56,358 nucleotides of DNA from NCBI GenBank assembly GCA_016197185.1, contig JACPWH010000187.1, positions 1 through 56,358 on the forward strand, written 5' to 3'. Below the pieces are notes generated by a model that was not told where the DNA came from, did no database searches, and saw nothing but the letters and a program-made list of their open reading frames with translations. Source of the stretch: Ignavibacteriota bacterium. GTDB lineage: Bacteria > Bacteroidota > Ignavibacteria > Kapaibacteriales > UBA961. Both the position numbers and the translations under genes were made by a program. Below, in pieces: positions 55,125 through 56,358 of this stretch. How positions within the stretch are numbered: the stretch's first letter is position 1; each line of letters opens with the position of its first letter.

Positions 55125-56358
55125 ATGAAAACCACCCTAACCTTATTGATATTATTCTGTTGCCTTATTTTACCTGCAACAGCACAAGATGCTCCTCATG
55201 CAAATCCATTGTCTGTTGAAATGACAAGACGAATATCAAAGGAGCTTCTTGCTCCAAATAGCGGTCCGTATTTACAACCTCTGGTAACAACATCAAACGC
55301 TGCAGCTAATTCAAGATTTTTCCGTTCAGCATTCATACCAAAGGAAAACAAACTGTACTTTAGATTTGGTTTACATTCTATGTTTGGTTTTGTACGTGAT
55401 GATCAAAAAACTTATGTTCCAAAAGCACCCAGAATGACAATATCTGAGGTACTCGCTGACAAAGCAGTAGCAGATTATAATATTAACATTCTTGATCCAT
55501 CTAAATCTACAGTTAACATAAAGGATACAGCTGGTATGATAGTTGACATCCTTAAATATCTTTTTGACAAAGGACTGGATCCCAAACAGGACTCAGCAAC
55601 AAGCGGGCTAAAATTTCCCTCAAAAGCTGCTACTGTTTATGGTAATCTAGATGCTGTCTTTTTGTTAAATAGAAACTATTTCAAAGAACAGTTAACAGAA
55701 AAAGACCCATATTTAAGTTTCTTATATAAAAGTAATGTTCTTAGTCAATCTGTGAAAGATCAGCTTTTAGAAGCAATTGATAAATTCCCATTCTTTTTTA
55801 CACTGCCTACAGGTGGGAACATTAATTCCGTTTTTGCTGCAATTCCACAATTAGAAGTCGGTTCATTGTATGGAACAGAAATGCTGATTCGGATAATTCC
55901 CTCAATAAAAATAGATAAAAATGTTGGTAAACTTTCTTTATGGGGATTAGGGCTGAAACACAGTTTATCACAGTATTTTGATAAAAATCCTTTTGATGCC
56001 GCCTTGCAAGTTGTCTATCAAAAGACACATATAGAGAATACAATTGGGGTAACAAATGCAGAATTGAATTCGGATGCTAAGGTATATGATATTAACCTTC
56101 AAGTAAGCAAGAGTTTCAAGGGTATAATAGATGTGTATAGCGGTCTATCCTATGAAATTATATCTATCAACTCATCTTATAAATTTTACATTCCTGTAGA
56201 ACAGCAGCAGCAGCTTGGTTTATTGCGTTTGGTTTTGCCCCCGGAAGTGCCAAAAGTGGAAGAAGGGTATCCAGGAGATACAAAACCGCAAACTGTCGAA
56301 TACGCTTTATCGGATAAAAATGTTAAGTTTATTATCGGTGTAGCGAAACCAATCGGTC
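55125..56358 (+). CDS. Hypothetical secreted/outer-membrane protein, N-terminal 411 codons (runs off the window end)
   Basis: Not in the ORF track because it is open-ended. From the ATG at 55125 the frame has no stop to 56358. Signal peptide MKTTLTLLILFCCLILPATAQ. The rest is rich in alternating beta-like segments (YFRFGLHSMFGFV, LSLWGLGLKHSL). No family is recognised with confidence. Confidence 0.65.
   Translation, partial: MKTTLTLLILFCCLILPATAQDAPHANPLSVEMTRRISKELLAPNSGPYLQPLVTTSNAAANSRFFRSAFIPKENKLYFRFGLHSMFGFVRDDQKTYVPKAPRMTISEVLADKAVADYNINILDPSKSTVNIKDTAGMIVDILKYLFDKGLDPKQDSATSGLKFPSKAATVYGNLDAVFLLNRNYFKEQLTEKDPYLSFLYKSNVLSQSVKDQLLEAIDKFPFFFTLPTGGNINSVFAAIPQLEVGSLYGTEMLIRIIPSIKIDKNVGKLSLWGLGLKHSLSQYFDKNPFDAALQVVYQKTHIENTIGVTNAELNSDAKVYDINLQVSKSFKGIIDVYSGLSYEIISINSSYKFYIPVEQQQQLGLLRLVLPPEVPKVEEGYPGDTKPQTVEYALSDKNVKFIIGVAKPIG

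Noticed and set aside
56202-56213. (CAG)4 microsatellite
   Set aside because: It is a short in-frame QQQQ stretch inside the partial ORF, too short to argue for slipped-strand phase variation.

Overview
About 56.4 kb. All but the first ~365 nt is AT-rich and looks like an FCB-group chromosome (Bacteroidota/Ignavibacteriota-like). That placement is an inference from the many T9SS C-terminal sorting domains plus an flhF gene. Nt 1-~365 is a GC-rich fragment carrying the 5' end of a flgA-like gene, joined mid-gene to the AT-rich DNA. This is either a contig join or chimera, or a recombination breakpoint.

I call 31 CDS (three truncated), one tRNA-Arg(CCG), several intrinsic terminators and a few intergenic repeats and palindromes. 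I saw no rRNA, CRISPR array, transposase, integrase or phage genes.

Housekeeping genes recognised from motifs: M1 aminopeptidase, purE, engB, mltG, fused 2-oxoacid dehydrogenase E1 alpha/beta, ilvE, gatB, an Omp85/BamA-like protein, birA, mnmE, mnmG, a BadF-type kinase, yihY, and OmpA-family and YbbR-like proteins.

The striking content is surface-protein coding. Eight ORFs end in a T9SS type-A C-terminal sorting domain, together ~24 kb (~43% of the window).

The most system-like region is the all-minus-strand block 22861-41604:
- a YfgM-like TPR gene;
- four back-to-back T9SS-cargo genes (2490, 934, 408 and 1029 aa) with tiny gaps, closed by a strong terminator;
- a second pair made of a 267-aa T9SS cargo and a GltD-like FAD/Fe-S oxidoreductase.

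These proteins share unannotated modules:
- an 'ELPPxPP..FDAR[FW]' module in four copies;
- cohesin-like domains just before the sorting domain;
- a duplicated NIDO-like module;
- a Pmp-type FxxN/GGA[ILV] repeat array.

I propose this block as a candidate multi-component cell-surface apparatus of unknown function. All family assignments come from reading motifs by eye; no searches were run.
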